From Octopus sinensis (Eukaryota), in NCBI RefSeq assembly GCF_006345805.1, contig NC_043007.1:37696001-37760000 (forward strand): 64,000 nucleotides of DNA, written 5' to 3'. This document shows, in pieces, positions 25,813 through 39,822 of this stretch (position 1 is its first letter; each line of letters opens with the position of its first letter). Below the pieces are notes generated by a model. It was not told the origin of the DNA and made no database searches. It saw nothing but the letters and a program-made list of their open reading frames with translations. The translations under genes were made by a program, and so were the position numbers.

Positions 25813-28489
25813 GTATGTGTTTATGTGTGTGTGCATGTCTGTGTGTGTGTGTAATATGTCTATATATACAATTTGTGTGTACACTCAACACACACAAACA
25901 AACAGACACACATACAAGTGTACACAAGCACATATGTACCATTGGAAAAACTCACATGCAGACACTCATACATACACAAAATTTCTTTACACTCCAAGTT
26001 TATTGGTTTATCACAGTAAAGTCTTATTTGTAATTCATCAAATACAATATAAAAATATTACCAATAACTACAAAACAACGTATGTATGTATCTATGTACG
26101 TTAATCAAAGGTGGGTTTGAACTCAGAAAGTAAGAAAAATGCCAGTACATTACCAGTTTTGCAACACTAACACTGTTCTATGTAGCAATAATGGAGACAT
26201 AAAGTTTGGGCAGCATAACTAATGAAATGCTACATGGGGTCAATAAGCCCGCTAGAAAAAGCAACGATGTTTCCTTCAAATACAAGTGAAATGGTTGCTC
26301 TTTTACATGCAGCTGTCTTGAAAGAAATGCAAGTTTTATTCGCTGAACTGGAAGAAGTGAATAGTGCCTATACTTCAGAGGTCCTCCTATACCAGAGAAA
26401 TTGATGCCAACCTCGCTGGTAATTTCTCTCTTGAAAAAAAAAAAAAGATTTTTTTTGTGGCTGTTACCAGTACCGCCTGACTGGCCCTCGTGCCGGTGGT
26501 ACGTAAAAGCACCCACTACACTCTCGGAGTGGTTGGCGTTAGGAAGGGCATCCAGCTGTAGAAACTCTGCCAGATCAAGATTGGAGCCTGGTGCAGCCAT
26601 CTGGTTCGCCAGTCCTCAGTCAAGTCATCCAACCCATGCTAACATGGAAAGCGGATGTTAAATGATGATGATGATGAACATTTGTAAGTCAACAGCTGCA
26701 GGAAAGATATGAGTAAGGAAATTCCAGAAGACCACTGTCCTGGGAAAGGACTGGGTAGTGATTAGTGCTGGGCTTTGAAAGTATGGATACATCTGATCAT
26801 ATAATCTTGCACTATGTCTGAATAAAAGACAAAATGGTCAAGGGTTGACACTTTTGATCATAAGTCTGCTCAATTACAGCTGATGTGGAGTTAAAAAGGA
26901 ATTAGGAAAAAACAAAAAAACTGGGGAGCTATGTATGGATTGTCATGAATAAAATATAAGAGTTTATTATTAGAAAAGTTAAACATGGTGATTTACTAAT
27001 GTAATTTCTGCTAGAATATTAAATTTCAAATGATATAAAAGCCTTTAATGAAATCCTTAACAGAAACAATGAAAATACAAGGATATGGTGAAAGATATTT
27101 TCATACACCATGAAATCAAATTGAACTTAGAGTCTTATGGTTGTGACATGAACTTCTTAACACTCAGTTATGCTTTTATCCACACACACACACACACTCT
27201 AAGGCTACTCTTATAACTTATTAGAGACATCCCTTGCTGAGTTAAAATCTCATATGAAATAATGAAAGCATATTACTCAGTGACTGTTGGGGTGCTGGGC
27301 TCAGAATAGTTAGGTTGCAGGTTTTATCCTCAGACAGGGCAGTACATTGTGTCTGCCAACAAGGCACTTAATTTCATGTTGCTCCAGTTCATTCAGCTGA
27401 AAATGAGTTAATATGATGAACTGGCATCCTATTCAGAATGGAGAGTCTTGTACTTTCAGCATAAATGCCTTCAAAATCTGAATGAGGTCTGGGTTCAAGA
27501 ACCTGTAGGCTTAAGGCAGACTTAGCAGAAATAACAATGCCAGTATGGATAATTTTTCTTCAATAAATGAAAGAAACATATGAGTTGTTCATTCGATAAT
27601 ATAAGATTAAAAACTTTTGAAAAAAAGCAACACCATTTCTCAAAGAATACAACTCATGGAAAAAGTGAGTATGATAAGCATTGGTGTGAATGCACACATA
27701 CATTTTTTTTTATGTTTCAGTCATTGGACTGTGGCCATGCTGGAGCACTGCCATAAAAGATTCAGTCAAACACATTGACCCAGTGCTTACTTTAAGTCTG
27801 TTCCTTATTCTTTTAGACTTTTTCACTGAACCACTAAGTTATAGGGACATAAACAAACCAACACTAGCTCTCAAGCAGCAAGACAAAGACACACATACAC
27901 ATGCATACATCCACAAACGTAAATACATGACAGACTTTCTTGCAGTTTCCTTCTATTGAATGTGCTCACAAGACATTAGTTGGAAGCTATAATATAACAC
28001 CCACAGGCCCAAAATGCTCAACAGTGGGACTGAACCTGAAACCACATGGCTGAAATCTCGTGGTTGTGAAGCAAAACAACTTCATTATGCAGCTATGTTT
28101 TCTGTGCCTAGAAAAGTAAATGGATGTCTGCTGAATTTATCAAGGAATATTCCAGCAGTGTGTTTGATCAACTGAGCCACCTACTCATTGAATTACATTG
28201 CAAATGGCTGAGTATTCCACAGACACTTGTACCCATTTCTTTACTACCCACAAGGAGCCAAACACAGAGTGAACAAACAAGGACAAATGGAATAAGACGA
28301 TTATATCAACCCCAGTGTGTAACTGGTACTTATTTAATCGACCCCGAAAGGATGAAAGGCAAAGTTGGCCTTGGCAGAATTTGAACTCAGAATGTAGCGG
28401 CAGACGAAATACCGCTAAGCATTTCGCCCGGCGTGCTAACGTTTCTGCCAGCTCACCGCCTTTACCCTTTAGATCCTTTGTACACTTAA

Positions 28490-28714
28490 CCCTTTGGATC
28501 CATGAGTACACTTCAGCAAGCACAATTTTGTTTGACTATACCCCTGGAAGATTAAAAAAGAGATTGGCCACTGGGTTTTGTATTTACTGCTTACCAGTTG
28601 GAAGAAACGTTGTTGTTTTTAGCCATTAACACAAAACCTTGTGGCCTTCCTCTTTTGTGTCTTCCAAAGAAAGTGAAATCATGTCTGCTAAAGCGTACTT
28701 GCAGGTTCAAAGGG
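28490..28714. mobile_element. piggyBac-like MITE
   Basis: TTAA|CCCTTTGGATCC ... GGTTCAAAGGG|TTAA; related copy at about 44890-45135. Confidence 0.75.
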
Positions 28715-29000
28715 TTAAGAGTACTGCAATATAATTCTCAGGCCAGCCTTGTCACATCAATGTGACAGTGTATGACAAGGTTGGCCCTTTGAATTAAAGA
28801 TGTAGTCCAACTGATCTACAGTTCACAGTTTCTGTCCAGCCGATTTCACTTGTGAGGATTGGTTGGATCCAGGGCTATGTATGGTAAAAGATACTTGACA
28901 AAGTTCAATCATACCATGCAACAGAATTGAACCTCAGGACCCATGACTGTGAAGGGAACTTCTTTCTTAACCACTTGTCTATGCTTGCATTTTCTCTCTG

Positions 29001-29051
<51 letters not shown>

Positions 29052-29123
29052 TACATACATACACAAAGACTTGTGTAGGTGTGCATGTGAGATCAAATAC
29101 ACACCCACCCACATATCTACACA

Positions 29124-29165
<42 letters not shown>

Positions 29166-31229
29166 ATATATGTATATATATAGTGGGTATATTATCTGAA
29201 GTGTACAGTACTATACCCAGTATAGGTATTTCCATTGTAACCAATTGGTAAGATCAGCTGTGATGGATACATTATATATATATATATATAACTTGGTATT
29301 TCAAGTTTTATAAAGCATACACACGTTTCAGTAAATCAACTGACAAGATTATACAACTGTTTTGTGAAATTACATAATCTTATCAATTCATTTTTTCAGG
29401 GTTTCACACATGTATGTGTGTGGTGCATACACAAGTGCAATCACAAATATGTAGCTGAAACCAAATTGACATTCTGTTAAATGAACTCACTTCCCTAATA
29501 TTTCAAGAAGTGAATTCACTTTTGCCAGACCAGCTAACTCTTCATATTGTCCTTTTTCATGTAGCCTTGTTTCTAAATGATTTTACTTCACCAGTAAACA
29601 ACCAGGTCAGACAGATGGTGGATGGCAGAGTAATAAAAATCCTTGCTCTAAGACAAACAGACAGATGCACCGTTTGCTGCAAACATGTCCATAGCCAGAG
29701 TACAAAATCCCAAGATATCAAGGGGACCACTCTAATGAGGAAATGTTTATGTAACAGGCTACATGAAACCTGAAGAAATTGAAAGCACAGAAATTCCTAC
29801 ACAGAAAAATTTAGTTTTTACATTAAAATAACTTTGTACTGATCATGTAATTAAAATAGGGAAGCACTTTGGGATAATTAATTACTCACACAGAAACAAA
29901 CGCTGAAACAATTTTTTTTCTTGTATATTTTAAAAAATGATGTTTCCAAAACAATGATATTTGAAATGGAATTTTTGGCAATCATTTATTTCAAGATTGA
30001 TTGTTTTAAGTGTCTGGAATACATCTGAAAGATTGTATAATTCAGTTGTATTTTCTTGGTTATCTCTGATCACATCTTGATAAAAACAGCTAAGTGAATT
30101 CAGCAGCATTAATTAACAGCATGAATTAACAATGTATATTTATATACACTGGTGATAAACCCATGGATTAACAATAATAATCTACAGTGAGATAGATGAT
30201 GATATTTTGAAAAACAGTCATAAATTCCAAACAGAGAAATCAAATGGATCCAAGTAAGATGGAAAAAAAGTCAGGAGGGTTACCAAATGAGATCAGATAA
30301 AAATTACAATAGAATTATGAAGACTAAAACACAATCTAGAAGAATATAATTTTCTTTGATTACTTAGCTTTGACATTTTAAAAGACAACCCCATCTGATA
30401 TCATGTTCCAACTGATATTAAGTACAAAAATTGTTTCTGCATGTTTGATAATCAAACATGAATTTTCTGGGAAATACTAAAATTAATGGACATCACCACA
30501 AACATTTTTATATCACATTGGATTATAACGACAAACAGATAGGACTAATCATTGATCATATTGATTTTCGTATTGGATCATGTATATTTTCAGGCAAGAC
30601 TGGATCATATAATTGGTAATCTCATCAATGATCATATCGATTTTTATATGCAATGGATCACATTGATCCTCATAGCACATTGAATCTTGTGAACTTTATA
30701 GAAAACTGGATCATGTGTGAATTTTTACATTAAGCAGGGATCATACAGGAATCAAACTGACATTCAATGAACAACTAAAAGATCATACTGGACTTCTCAC
30801 TGATTGTCTTCAGAAAAGGACCAGATGAATTGATCATTAGCTCACACTAGTTCATGATCAATACAAAATTTAGAAAATAGCATGAGATCCCACACACTGC
30901 TAATACACCATAACACAACACATTATACTGAGAATCAGAGAAGATTGGTTCATACTGATTTCCTCCATATATATCAGATCTGTTCTGTCTTGAACACTTC
31001 ATATTGATCAATGATTGGTCAGGCCGAATTGCATGGATTTTCAATTATGGATATTTCTTCCCTGGATCTTTCTACTAGATCCAGATCATCTGATCTCTGA
31101 ATTAATGTTGAAGTAATTATTAACCCGATATAGTATTTAAATAAATACACTAAAAACCAATTATCTTTCATAAAAAAAAAACAACTTTCAGACAAAACTA
31201 TATGTGTAGACATATGACACATGTATGTG

Positions 31230-31296
<67 letters not shown>

Positions 31297-31435
31297 TTTA
31301 TCAGCAAGAGAGTATAAATTTCTTGTGCAGTTCAAACTTTAACTGTGCTGAAAAGCTGATTCATTAAGACAAACATCATTAAACGTACAATTGCATAATT
31401 GTGATACATAATTTAAATTGATTTAAAACCTATTT

Positions 31436-31473
<38 letters not shown>

Positions 31474-32412
31474 TATACACACACGCACACACACAATACA
31501 TACATATTTATAAGCCAATACATACAAACATACATATTACTAGCAGATACAGATAGTATATACTGACAAAGGCATGTGTGTATATGTGCATAGATGAGTG
31601 TGTTTTTATGTGAATATAATCCATATATACTACATACACACATAACTGTCTGTGTGTTTGTGTACTTATGCTTGTATCCACATACATGTAGATCTATATG
31701 ATTATATACATGTGTGGATATGGCTGTGCACACATGCACACACAAAGAGAACGCTAAAGACATGTAAACCTAAGTCACTCAGGAGCATTAATTAACAGTA
31801 TTAATTCGCAATGTATGTTTATACACACTGGTGACAAGCGCATTCATGACCAATAAGAATCTACAGAGATAAAAATGACAATATTTTGAAAATTGGTATC
31901 ACTCACTCCAGCCAAGTAAAATGGATAAAAATTCAGGAGAGAGACCAAATGAGATCGCATTAAAAACAACAGAATTATGAAGAATAAAAGCCAAATCCAG
32001 AAGAATATGATACTTTTGGATTATTTAGTTTACACATTTAAAAGACAGCCTCGTCTGACCCGACATCATCTTCCAACAGACACAAAATGCAATAATCCCT
32101 TTTGAATTTTTGATGATCAAGCAAATTTGATAATCAAGTAAATGTATTTATATGTATGTGTGTGTGTCTGTGTGTACATATGTGTATGTGTATGCAATTA
32201 TACCTGTAGATGTGTATTTGATCTTGTATAAAACTATAGCAGGTGTTATAATTTTGAGAGGGTTAGGCAGGAAACTAAGAGATATAAAGCTGGAAGACAT
32301 TAACAGAGATGGCTTATAGGGGAAGGGGAAGAGAGAGAGAGAGAGAGGGAAGCAGAAGAGATAGACAGAAGCAGATATAAAGAGAAAAAGAACAAGAAGA
32401 GAGAGAGGGCAA

Positions 32413-32452
<40 letters not shown>

Positions 32453-32650
32453 CCAAGTCAAATAGAGAGAGAGAAAGAGAGAAGGAAACAGAAAAAAAGC
32501 AAGAGGTCAACTCGCTTGCTCTCTTCCTCAACATTTCCACACCCTGACCAGCATAAAAAAAAAGAAAAGAAAAGAAAAACAACAACAACAAAGTAAAAAA
32601 AAAAATCACAAAAAGAGAAACGACCAGTCAGTGTCATGGCGTTGCTATAC

Positions 32651-32815
32651 CTTCGCTGCAGCTGTAGCAGTTCTGGCAGTGCAGTTTGTTATGGCGGATG
32701 CGCACGTCTGTACCTTCGGTGCCATTACCCAGCTGAATGCGACACACACTGCAGTGGAAACATTTAACGTGGTAGTAGAGTCCCAGGGTCTCAATAGCCA
32801 TTGAAGCTGTGTTCA
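32651..32815 (-). CDS. LMO7: LMO7-like exon, LIM domain C-terminal part
   Basis: cccacag acceptor, G|gtatag donor; MNTASMAIETLGLYYHVKCFHCSVCRIQLGNGTEGTDVRIRHNKLHCQNCY, matching the LMO7 LIM signature (MIIESLGL..H..C..C..C...VRIRN..L.C..CY). Confidence 0.95.
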
Positions 32816-32854
32816 CTGTGGGAGAGACAAGGATGAATGATATAGTAGAAGGGG

Positions 32855-33310
32855 TGGCAGTGGTGGGTGATGATGGTGTTGGTGGTGAGAGTGGTGTTAC
32901 GGTTGGGTGATGATGGTGTTGGTTGTAGTGGTGGTAGTTGGTTGTGGTGGTGGTAGTTTGGGTGGTGGTGGCAGCGGTATTGGGTGGTGTTGAGTGGTGG
33001 TGGTGGTGATGTTGGGTGGTGGTGGCGGGGTTGGATGGTGGTGGTAAAGTTGGGTGGTGGTAGTGGAGTTGGGTGTTGGTGGCAGTGTTGGGTGGTGGTG
33101 GTGGCGATGTTGGGTGGTGGTGGTGGCGATGTTGGGTGGTGATGCTGGTGTTGGGTGGTGATGGCGGTGTTGGATGGTGGTGGTGGTGTTGGATGGTGGT
33201 GGTGGTGTTGGTGTTGTTGATGTTGGTGGTGGTGTTGATGTTGCTGTTTAGGGTGGAGGTGAGTGATGTTGGTGGTAGAGGTGGTGATGGTGGTAGTAGT
33301 GGTGGTGATT
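32855..33310. repeat. Degenerate (GGT)n low-complexity tract, intronic
   Basis: Direct inspection; produces the spurious P/T/H-rich ORF extension. Confidence 0.9.
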
Positions 33311-35693
33311 GTTTAAACCCCACCCCAGGTCAGCACTGACTGAGCAAGCCTATGATCAAATTCAGTGAGTTTGATTTCTGGACTGGGCTGTGTGTTCTGT
33401 TCTTGAGCAAGACACTTTATTTCACATTGTTCCAGTTCCTCTAACTGTAGAAATGAGTTGCAATATCACTGGTGCCAAGCTGTATTGGCCTTTCCCTTGG
33501 ATAACACCAGTGGCATGGAGAGGAGAGGCTGATATGCATGGGTAACTGCTGGTCTTCTATAAACAACCTTGCCCGGACTTGTGCCTCAGAAGGGAACATT
33601 CTAGGTGCAACCCCAGGGTCATTCATGACCAAAGGGTTCTTTACCTTTTCTATTAGCCAGTGAAGGCAAGTGGTCTAGTGGTTAGAGTGTTGGGCTCACA
33701 ATCATAAAGCCAGGAGTTCTAGTCCTTGACAGGGTAGCATATTGTGTCCTTGAGCAAGGCACATTGTTGCCTGTTGCTCCAGTCAACTCAATTGAAAATG
33801 AGTACCAGATGACTGTTGGGGGACAGTCCACTTTCCTTCCAGCTGTCACATCCTGAATATTTTGCTGGGTCTAAGGTGGGAGGGCTAAGCGTGTGTCTTT
33901 GTATGCTTATGGCTCCAAAGACATCTAAAACAAAGATATACTACAAGCTATCAGGTCAATGCTTGCTTGTGAGTGATGGCTAAGCTTTGACTACATTATT
34001 CAATCCATTCCTTTTTAAGACAGTACACTGTAACTTGAAGGAGATTTAGTTGCTACTTCTAGCAAATCGAGCAACCACTACAATGTACCCTTATTGGCTT
34101 TTCAAGCTATACATACGGAAGCAGTGGTGGTGAGAAAGTGATAAAAATTGGATTAAGATTATCATAATACTAACTAACTAAGACTCAGTCTTCTTCCCCT
34201 TATTCCTAGTTACAGTTCTTATATACATAAGAGGTGGATGTTGTCATTTAGCCTAAGGCCTTTCACCTGTGACCAACCCATATTTCCTTCTTAGACATAG
34301 TGGATCACATCATTAAAGCATACCCCACAACCCACTTCTCCACATCTGACTAATTGTCATAAAGTCACTCACAGACACACACTCCACCTTCTAGTCTATG
34401 AGTGTGCTGTGCTGTCTCCTCTTTTTGACATTTCTCCAGCAAAAATGATGGCTTCTGCTCCCCAGAGCTGGATGGGCTCGTGCCATCTCCACTCGGGCAT
34501 TCTCAACCCACTCGTCTCTCCTCCCCTTCTCTAATCACTCTTGTTGCATCAACTCCACCTTAGGCCCTGAACTAATCACTCTTCTTAGTCCTTCATATCA
34601 AGAATTTCTTCCTCACCCACACACACCCTCACTCAAGAACTCCCTCCTTATTTATGTCAAGAGGAATGTTAATGGCATCCAATTTCAACTGGCTCTGAGG
34701 GTCTGCAGAGGGGCCATAGGAACTGTTTTTCCATCAAACCTAGCAAGTTATAAAAGAAAAAAAAGATCCACTATGCATTCTTTTTTTTTCTTTTAAAGAT
34801 AGGTAAGGTGTAATTTAATGGGATTTTGGTTGCTATTTCTATTTCACAGAACCACATGGTAAGTTATTTGGCTTGTATATGTATTTGAAAGGTTTTGCCA
34901 GCAGGTAAACTGGTTATTATTGTGATAGTAGCGTTTTGGGGGTGAAGCGCATGGTCAGTGGTTAGAGCATTGGCTCACAATCTTGAGCTAGTAAGTTTGA
35001 TTCCAGACTAGTCTGTGTGTTGTGTTCTTGGGCAAGACACTTTATTTCACATTGCTATAGTTCACTCAGCCGTAGAAATGAGCTGTGATGTCACTGGTGC
35101 CAAGCTGTACTGGCCTTGGCTCTTCCCTTGGATAACATCAGTGGTGTGGAGAAGAAGAGGCTGGTATGCATGGGCGACTGCTTGTCTTCCATAAACAACC
35201 TGTTTCTTTACAACCCACAGAGAGGACAAACAAGGACAGACAAATGGATTAAGTCGATTATATCGACCCCAGTGCGTAACTGGTACTTATTTAATTGACC
35301 CTGAAAGGATGAAAGGCAAAGTCGACCTCGACGGAATTTGAACCCAGAACATAGCGGCAGATGAAATACCGCTAAGCATTTCGCCCGGTGTACTAACGTT
35401 TCTGCCAGATTGCCGCCTTCATAAACAACCTTAGAGGGTAACTTTCTAGGTGCAATCCAATGGTCATTCATGACCGAAGGGGATCTTAAGTTAAAGTGTT
35501 ATAGTGGGAAGGGACAGGAGGAAAGAGGGAACAATATCAAATATGGAAGAGAAAGCTATTGGAGTTGACAGAGACGATAGTGAATTAAAAACGGTTAACT
35601 TAACTTCAAAATACTCACAAAGTTCAAAATTGGGGATTGGTCATGCTTTGACATGTGAGAAGTGAGCAGAGAGTTAGTGTTAGGGATACTTAC

Positions 35694-36818
35694 TTAACTT
35701 CTCGTGGCAATGGGAGCATATCTCGACACCAGTTACTGACACTTGTTCTGTTTTATCACTGCTAAGAGATGTCATTGATCTAGCATTAGGTAACTTGGTT
35801 GCTGCAGAGTTATCTCTTTGCTGGAATCCAGTTATTCCACCCTGGCCTTGAAATGGTCGAGCTGAGTTATTGTTCTTTGTGTACGTGCTTCCATATGGAT
35901 TTGAAGTGTGTGGGGAATAAGAACCAGCAGTGGAGAGGTTCGAGCTGGAGTAGCCATGGGAGAGTCCATCATATGGCCTGACAGAGTCCTCATACGAGGC
36001 ATACGAATGACGATAGTTGGTGGATTTCAAGGTGTTTTCAGTTGACTGGCTGATAGCAGGGGTTACTGGGGAAAACTTAGATGTTTGCTTGTAAACATAT
36101 GGTTTTATCCCAACTTTGGAAAATGTAGGATCTCGCTGTGAATAGCTCGATCTGTCACCTGCAGGTCTCACAGCCCTATTATCACTAGGACCTTTCCAAG
36201 GCTCTTCCTTTCCTTCCGTCCAATGATCTGATAGTCTACGTTGCTCAGACTTTTCAGCCATCCAGTGAGACTGTGACCCCACTTGGCTCTCTTTTGGAAG
36301 GCCTTCTTGCCGAAGCCCACCATTGTTATATTTTGGAACATTGTCCACAGGGTAGGGACTTCGGTGTTGGGAAGCTTGAGAATATTCTTTGGATACAGAA
36401 GAAGAGGAAGGAGATGAAGAATAAGAGGGGGACGATGGAGAGAACTCAAATTTTCGGTTCGCTAACCAAGGAGCAGGCTTCCGACCAGCATCAGAATTTT
36501 CTGGAGCTATCATCCATTCTTTTGGATCTCTGTGCCGAGCTTTTGGAACAGCATTTAGAGAATGAAGTTCAGTTTTACTTGGTGGCTCGCGCTTAATTGG
36601 TGAAACGTGATGGGGAAGGTTAGAGTTGAATTCAGGCTTTTCTTGCATCGGAGTAGGTTTGCGATTCATTGCTAGCAAATCTTCTCGAGTAAGTCGCTGA
36701 CTCTCCTTTGGATCAGGTTCATTCTTGGAGAAACGTGAAACAGCACTTTCCATTTTAGTGGACCGAATCAGTTTGGTCTGTGGGCTTATTTGAACAGGGC
36801 TTGATTTGAGGGGAGCAT
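35694..36818 (-). CDS. LMO7: LMO7-like large Ser/Pro-rich exon ending in the first LIM Cys pair (CSHCHEKL)
   Basis: 1125-nt open frame, ttttttatag acceptor, A|GTAAGT donor, phase 1-1. Confidence 0.93.
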
Positions 36819-37019
36819 CTATAAAAAAGAAAAAAAGTGTTAAAATGAAGAAAGGAGTAAATTTCACAAAGAATTTATACTGATTTACAATATTAAATAT
36901 AAGGGGTTCAGTCTCACTGTACGGTACCTTGCTTGAATGCCTTGTACTCTAGCCTCAAGCTAATCAATGCCTTGTGAGGGAATTTCACAAATTGTGTGTA
37001 CAAATGCATGTGACTACTC

Positions 37020-37450
37020 TTTTACTCTCTCTTACTCTTTTACTTGTTTCAGTCATTTAACTGTGGCCATGCTGGATCACCGCCTTTAGTTGAGCAAATC
37101 GACCTCAGGACTTATTCTTTGTAAGCCTAGTACTTATTCTATCAGTCTCTTTTGCCGAACTGCTAAGTTGCGGGGACGTAAACACACCAGCATCGGTTGT
37201 CAAGTAATGTTGGTGGGGGGGGGGGGACAAATACAGACACACAAACACATATGCACACATACACATATATGTATATACATATATACAACGAGCTTCTTTC
37301 AGTTTCCGTCTACCATATCCACTCACAAGGCTTTGGTCGACCCAAGGTTATAGTAGAAGACACTTGCCCAAGGTGCTACGCAGTGAGACTGAACCCGGAA
37401 CCATGCGGTTGGGAAGCAAGCTACTTACCACACAACCACTCCTGTGCCTA
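37020..37450 (-). mobile_element. Full-length SINE family B
   Basis: Homologous to 18143-18541. Confidence 0.85.
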
Positions 37451-38510
37451 TGTGTATGTGTATGAATGCTAATAAATCATGTTTATCACTGGTTTAGTGA
37501 AACAATGGTAACGTTGACATGCTTTGTTGAAATTATGATCAGTCACTATGATGAGTGCATCCAACCATAAAATCTGCCTCAAAGAATTCACTATCTAAAT
37601 CCATGCTACCATGAATAGATGGACATTAAATCAACGTGATAAAACCTCCCAGTAGTCTTAGTAAGAGAGGTGCTCTCCTAAAAATAGAGATAATCATCAC
37701 TGATTCAGGTAAGTTGATCAATCAATTAATTATTTACGTTATGTGTCGGTGGCACATAAAAAACACCATCTGAGCGTGGCCGTTCGCCAGCCTCGTCTGG
37801 CACCTGTGTCGGTGGCACATAAAATCACCCACTACACTCTCGGAGTGGTTGGCGTTAGGAAGGGCATCCAGCTGTAGAAACACTGCCAGATCTGACTGGC
37901 CTGGTGCAGCCTTCGGGCTCCCCAGACCCCAGTTGAACCGTCCAACTCATGCTAGCATGGAAAGCGGACGTTAAATGATGATGATGATGATGTTAATAGC
38001 TGAAGAAAACTAAAATACATATAAACTGGAATAAGTGAAATAAAAGGATTAATCTAGTAAAATTTTAAATAAAGGTGTGAGCTTAGTGGTAAGGGTGCTA
38101 ACTGCATGATCATAAGATCGAGGGTTTGATTTCTGAATCAGGTAGCATATAATATATTCGTGCAAAACACTTCATTTCATGTTGCTTCAGTCTACTCAAT
38201 TGAACATGAACACCAGCCAAGTGCAGATGCAATTCTCTCTCTCTCTCTCCTTGAATCTTTCATATCCTCAACGTTACTTGGGTTAAGGGTAAGAGGGCCG
38301 AGTATTAGAAACCCGCAAATACTACGCTAATACTGCGCAACTGAACAAGATTGCATAATACATGGTATCAATGTCAGCTTTTGACTACTTAGGCACCTAA
38401 AAAAAACAATCAACCAAAGCATGATATATACTATCAAGTAATAGATGCTTGTGATGGCTTTGCTATTTTTCATGCTCTTTTGTTCCTTGTTTTTTTTTTA
38501 ACAAACACAT

Positions 38511-39404
38511 AGGCGCAGGAGTGGCTGTGTGGTAAGTAGCTTGTTTACCAACCACATGGTTCCAGGTTCAGTCCCACTGCGTGGCACCTTGGGCAAGTGT
38601 CTTCTACTATAGCCTCGGGCCGACCAAAGCCTTGTGAGTGGATTTGGTAGATAGAAACTGAAAGAAGCCCGTCGGATATATGTGTATATATATATTATAT
38701 ATAAGGGCTTAGTAAAATAAATTACTTTGCCACATACTGAACTCATTAGAAATAGCAGCTAAAGAAATTTCTTCAGCTATTTCCAATACTTAAAGAAGAT
38801 CTCTCTCAGATAGTGTTTGCCTAAACTAACTCACAAAAGTATGGGGGAAAAAACATTAAAAAATCAAGTGCAAAGAACCTTTGCACTTGATTTTTTAATG
38901 TTTTTTCCCCCATACTTTTGTGAGTTAGTTTAGGCAAACACTATCTGAGAGAGATCTTCTTTAAGTATTGGAAATAGCTGAAGAAATTTCTTTAGCTGCT
39001 ATTTCTAATGAGTTCAGTATGTGGCAAAGTAATTTATTTTACTAAGCCCTTATATATAATGTAATATTTTGAATTCGCCTATAATGGTCCCTTTACATAC
39101 TGAATACTTGGTGAAATTGATTAATAATTAATTAATTTTACCCTCAATTGTTGAAATGTGTATATATATATATATATATATGCGTGTTTGTGTGTCTGTG
39201 TTTGTCCCCCAAGCATTGCTTGACAACTGATGCTGGTGTGTTTATGTCCCCGTTACTTAGCGGTTCGGCAAAAGAGACCGATAGAATAAGTACTGGGCTT
39301 ACAAAAGAATAAGTCCCGGGGTTGAGTTGCTCGATTAAAGGCAGTGCTCCAGCATGGCCGCAGTCATATGACTGAAACAAGTAAAAGAGTAAAAGAGTAA
39401 AGAG
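38511..39404 (+). mobile_element. SINE family B with an insertion of about 470 bp in its central TA microsatellite
   Basis: Head 38511-38680; tail 39160-39404 with GTAAAAGA repeats. Confidence 0.85.
38694..39060. repeat. Perfect palindrome, 182-bp arms, 3-nt loop (AAC)
   Basis: 38694-38875 is the reverse complement of 38879-39060 on inspection. Confidence 0.95.
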
Positions 39405-39530
39405 TACATCTATTAATCAGTTTAACATTTAATGTTTTATCCAAATTTTCAGAAAAAAAAAAAAAATAATTTTTCATTTTTATTCTAGCATGGGGAAAAC
39501 GACCAAAAGATAGATCAAAAGAAAAATTAC

Positions 39531-39822
39531 CGGAAGATGCTCTGGGCCGTGGTGCAACATATTTTGAATTTGACGTCGTAGAAAGACGAGACGGGGAAGA
39601 AGAAAGCGGTTGCATTGTCCTTGAAGAGTCTGAATGCAGAGGCTGAGCAGCAGAGAAAGATGGTTGTTGGATTGCTTTCTCAATAGTGCCAGACAAAGAG
39701 GCCCGATGCATCATCTTCTTTTCTTCTTCTAACTGCTGTTTCTGTTCCTGCAGCATCCGTCGGTCCTCATCCACTCTCTGTTTTTCCTCCTCTATTCTTT
39801 GCTTCTCTTTTTCCAATTGTTC
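39531..39822 (-). CDS. LMO7: LMO7-like exon (coiled coil, EQLEKEKQRIEEEK...RASS)
   Basis: ttgcag acceptor, G|gtaatt donor, phase 0-1. Confidence 0.9.

Noticed and set aside
32816-33323. P/T/H-rich N-terminal part of the 229-aa ORF
   Set aside because: (GGT)n repeat; the real exon starts at the 32815 acceptor, in phase with the upstream LIM half
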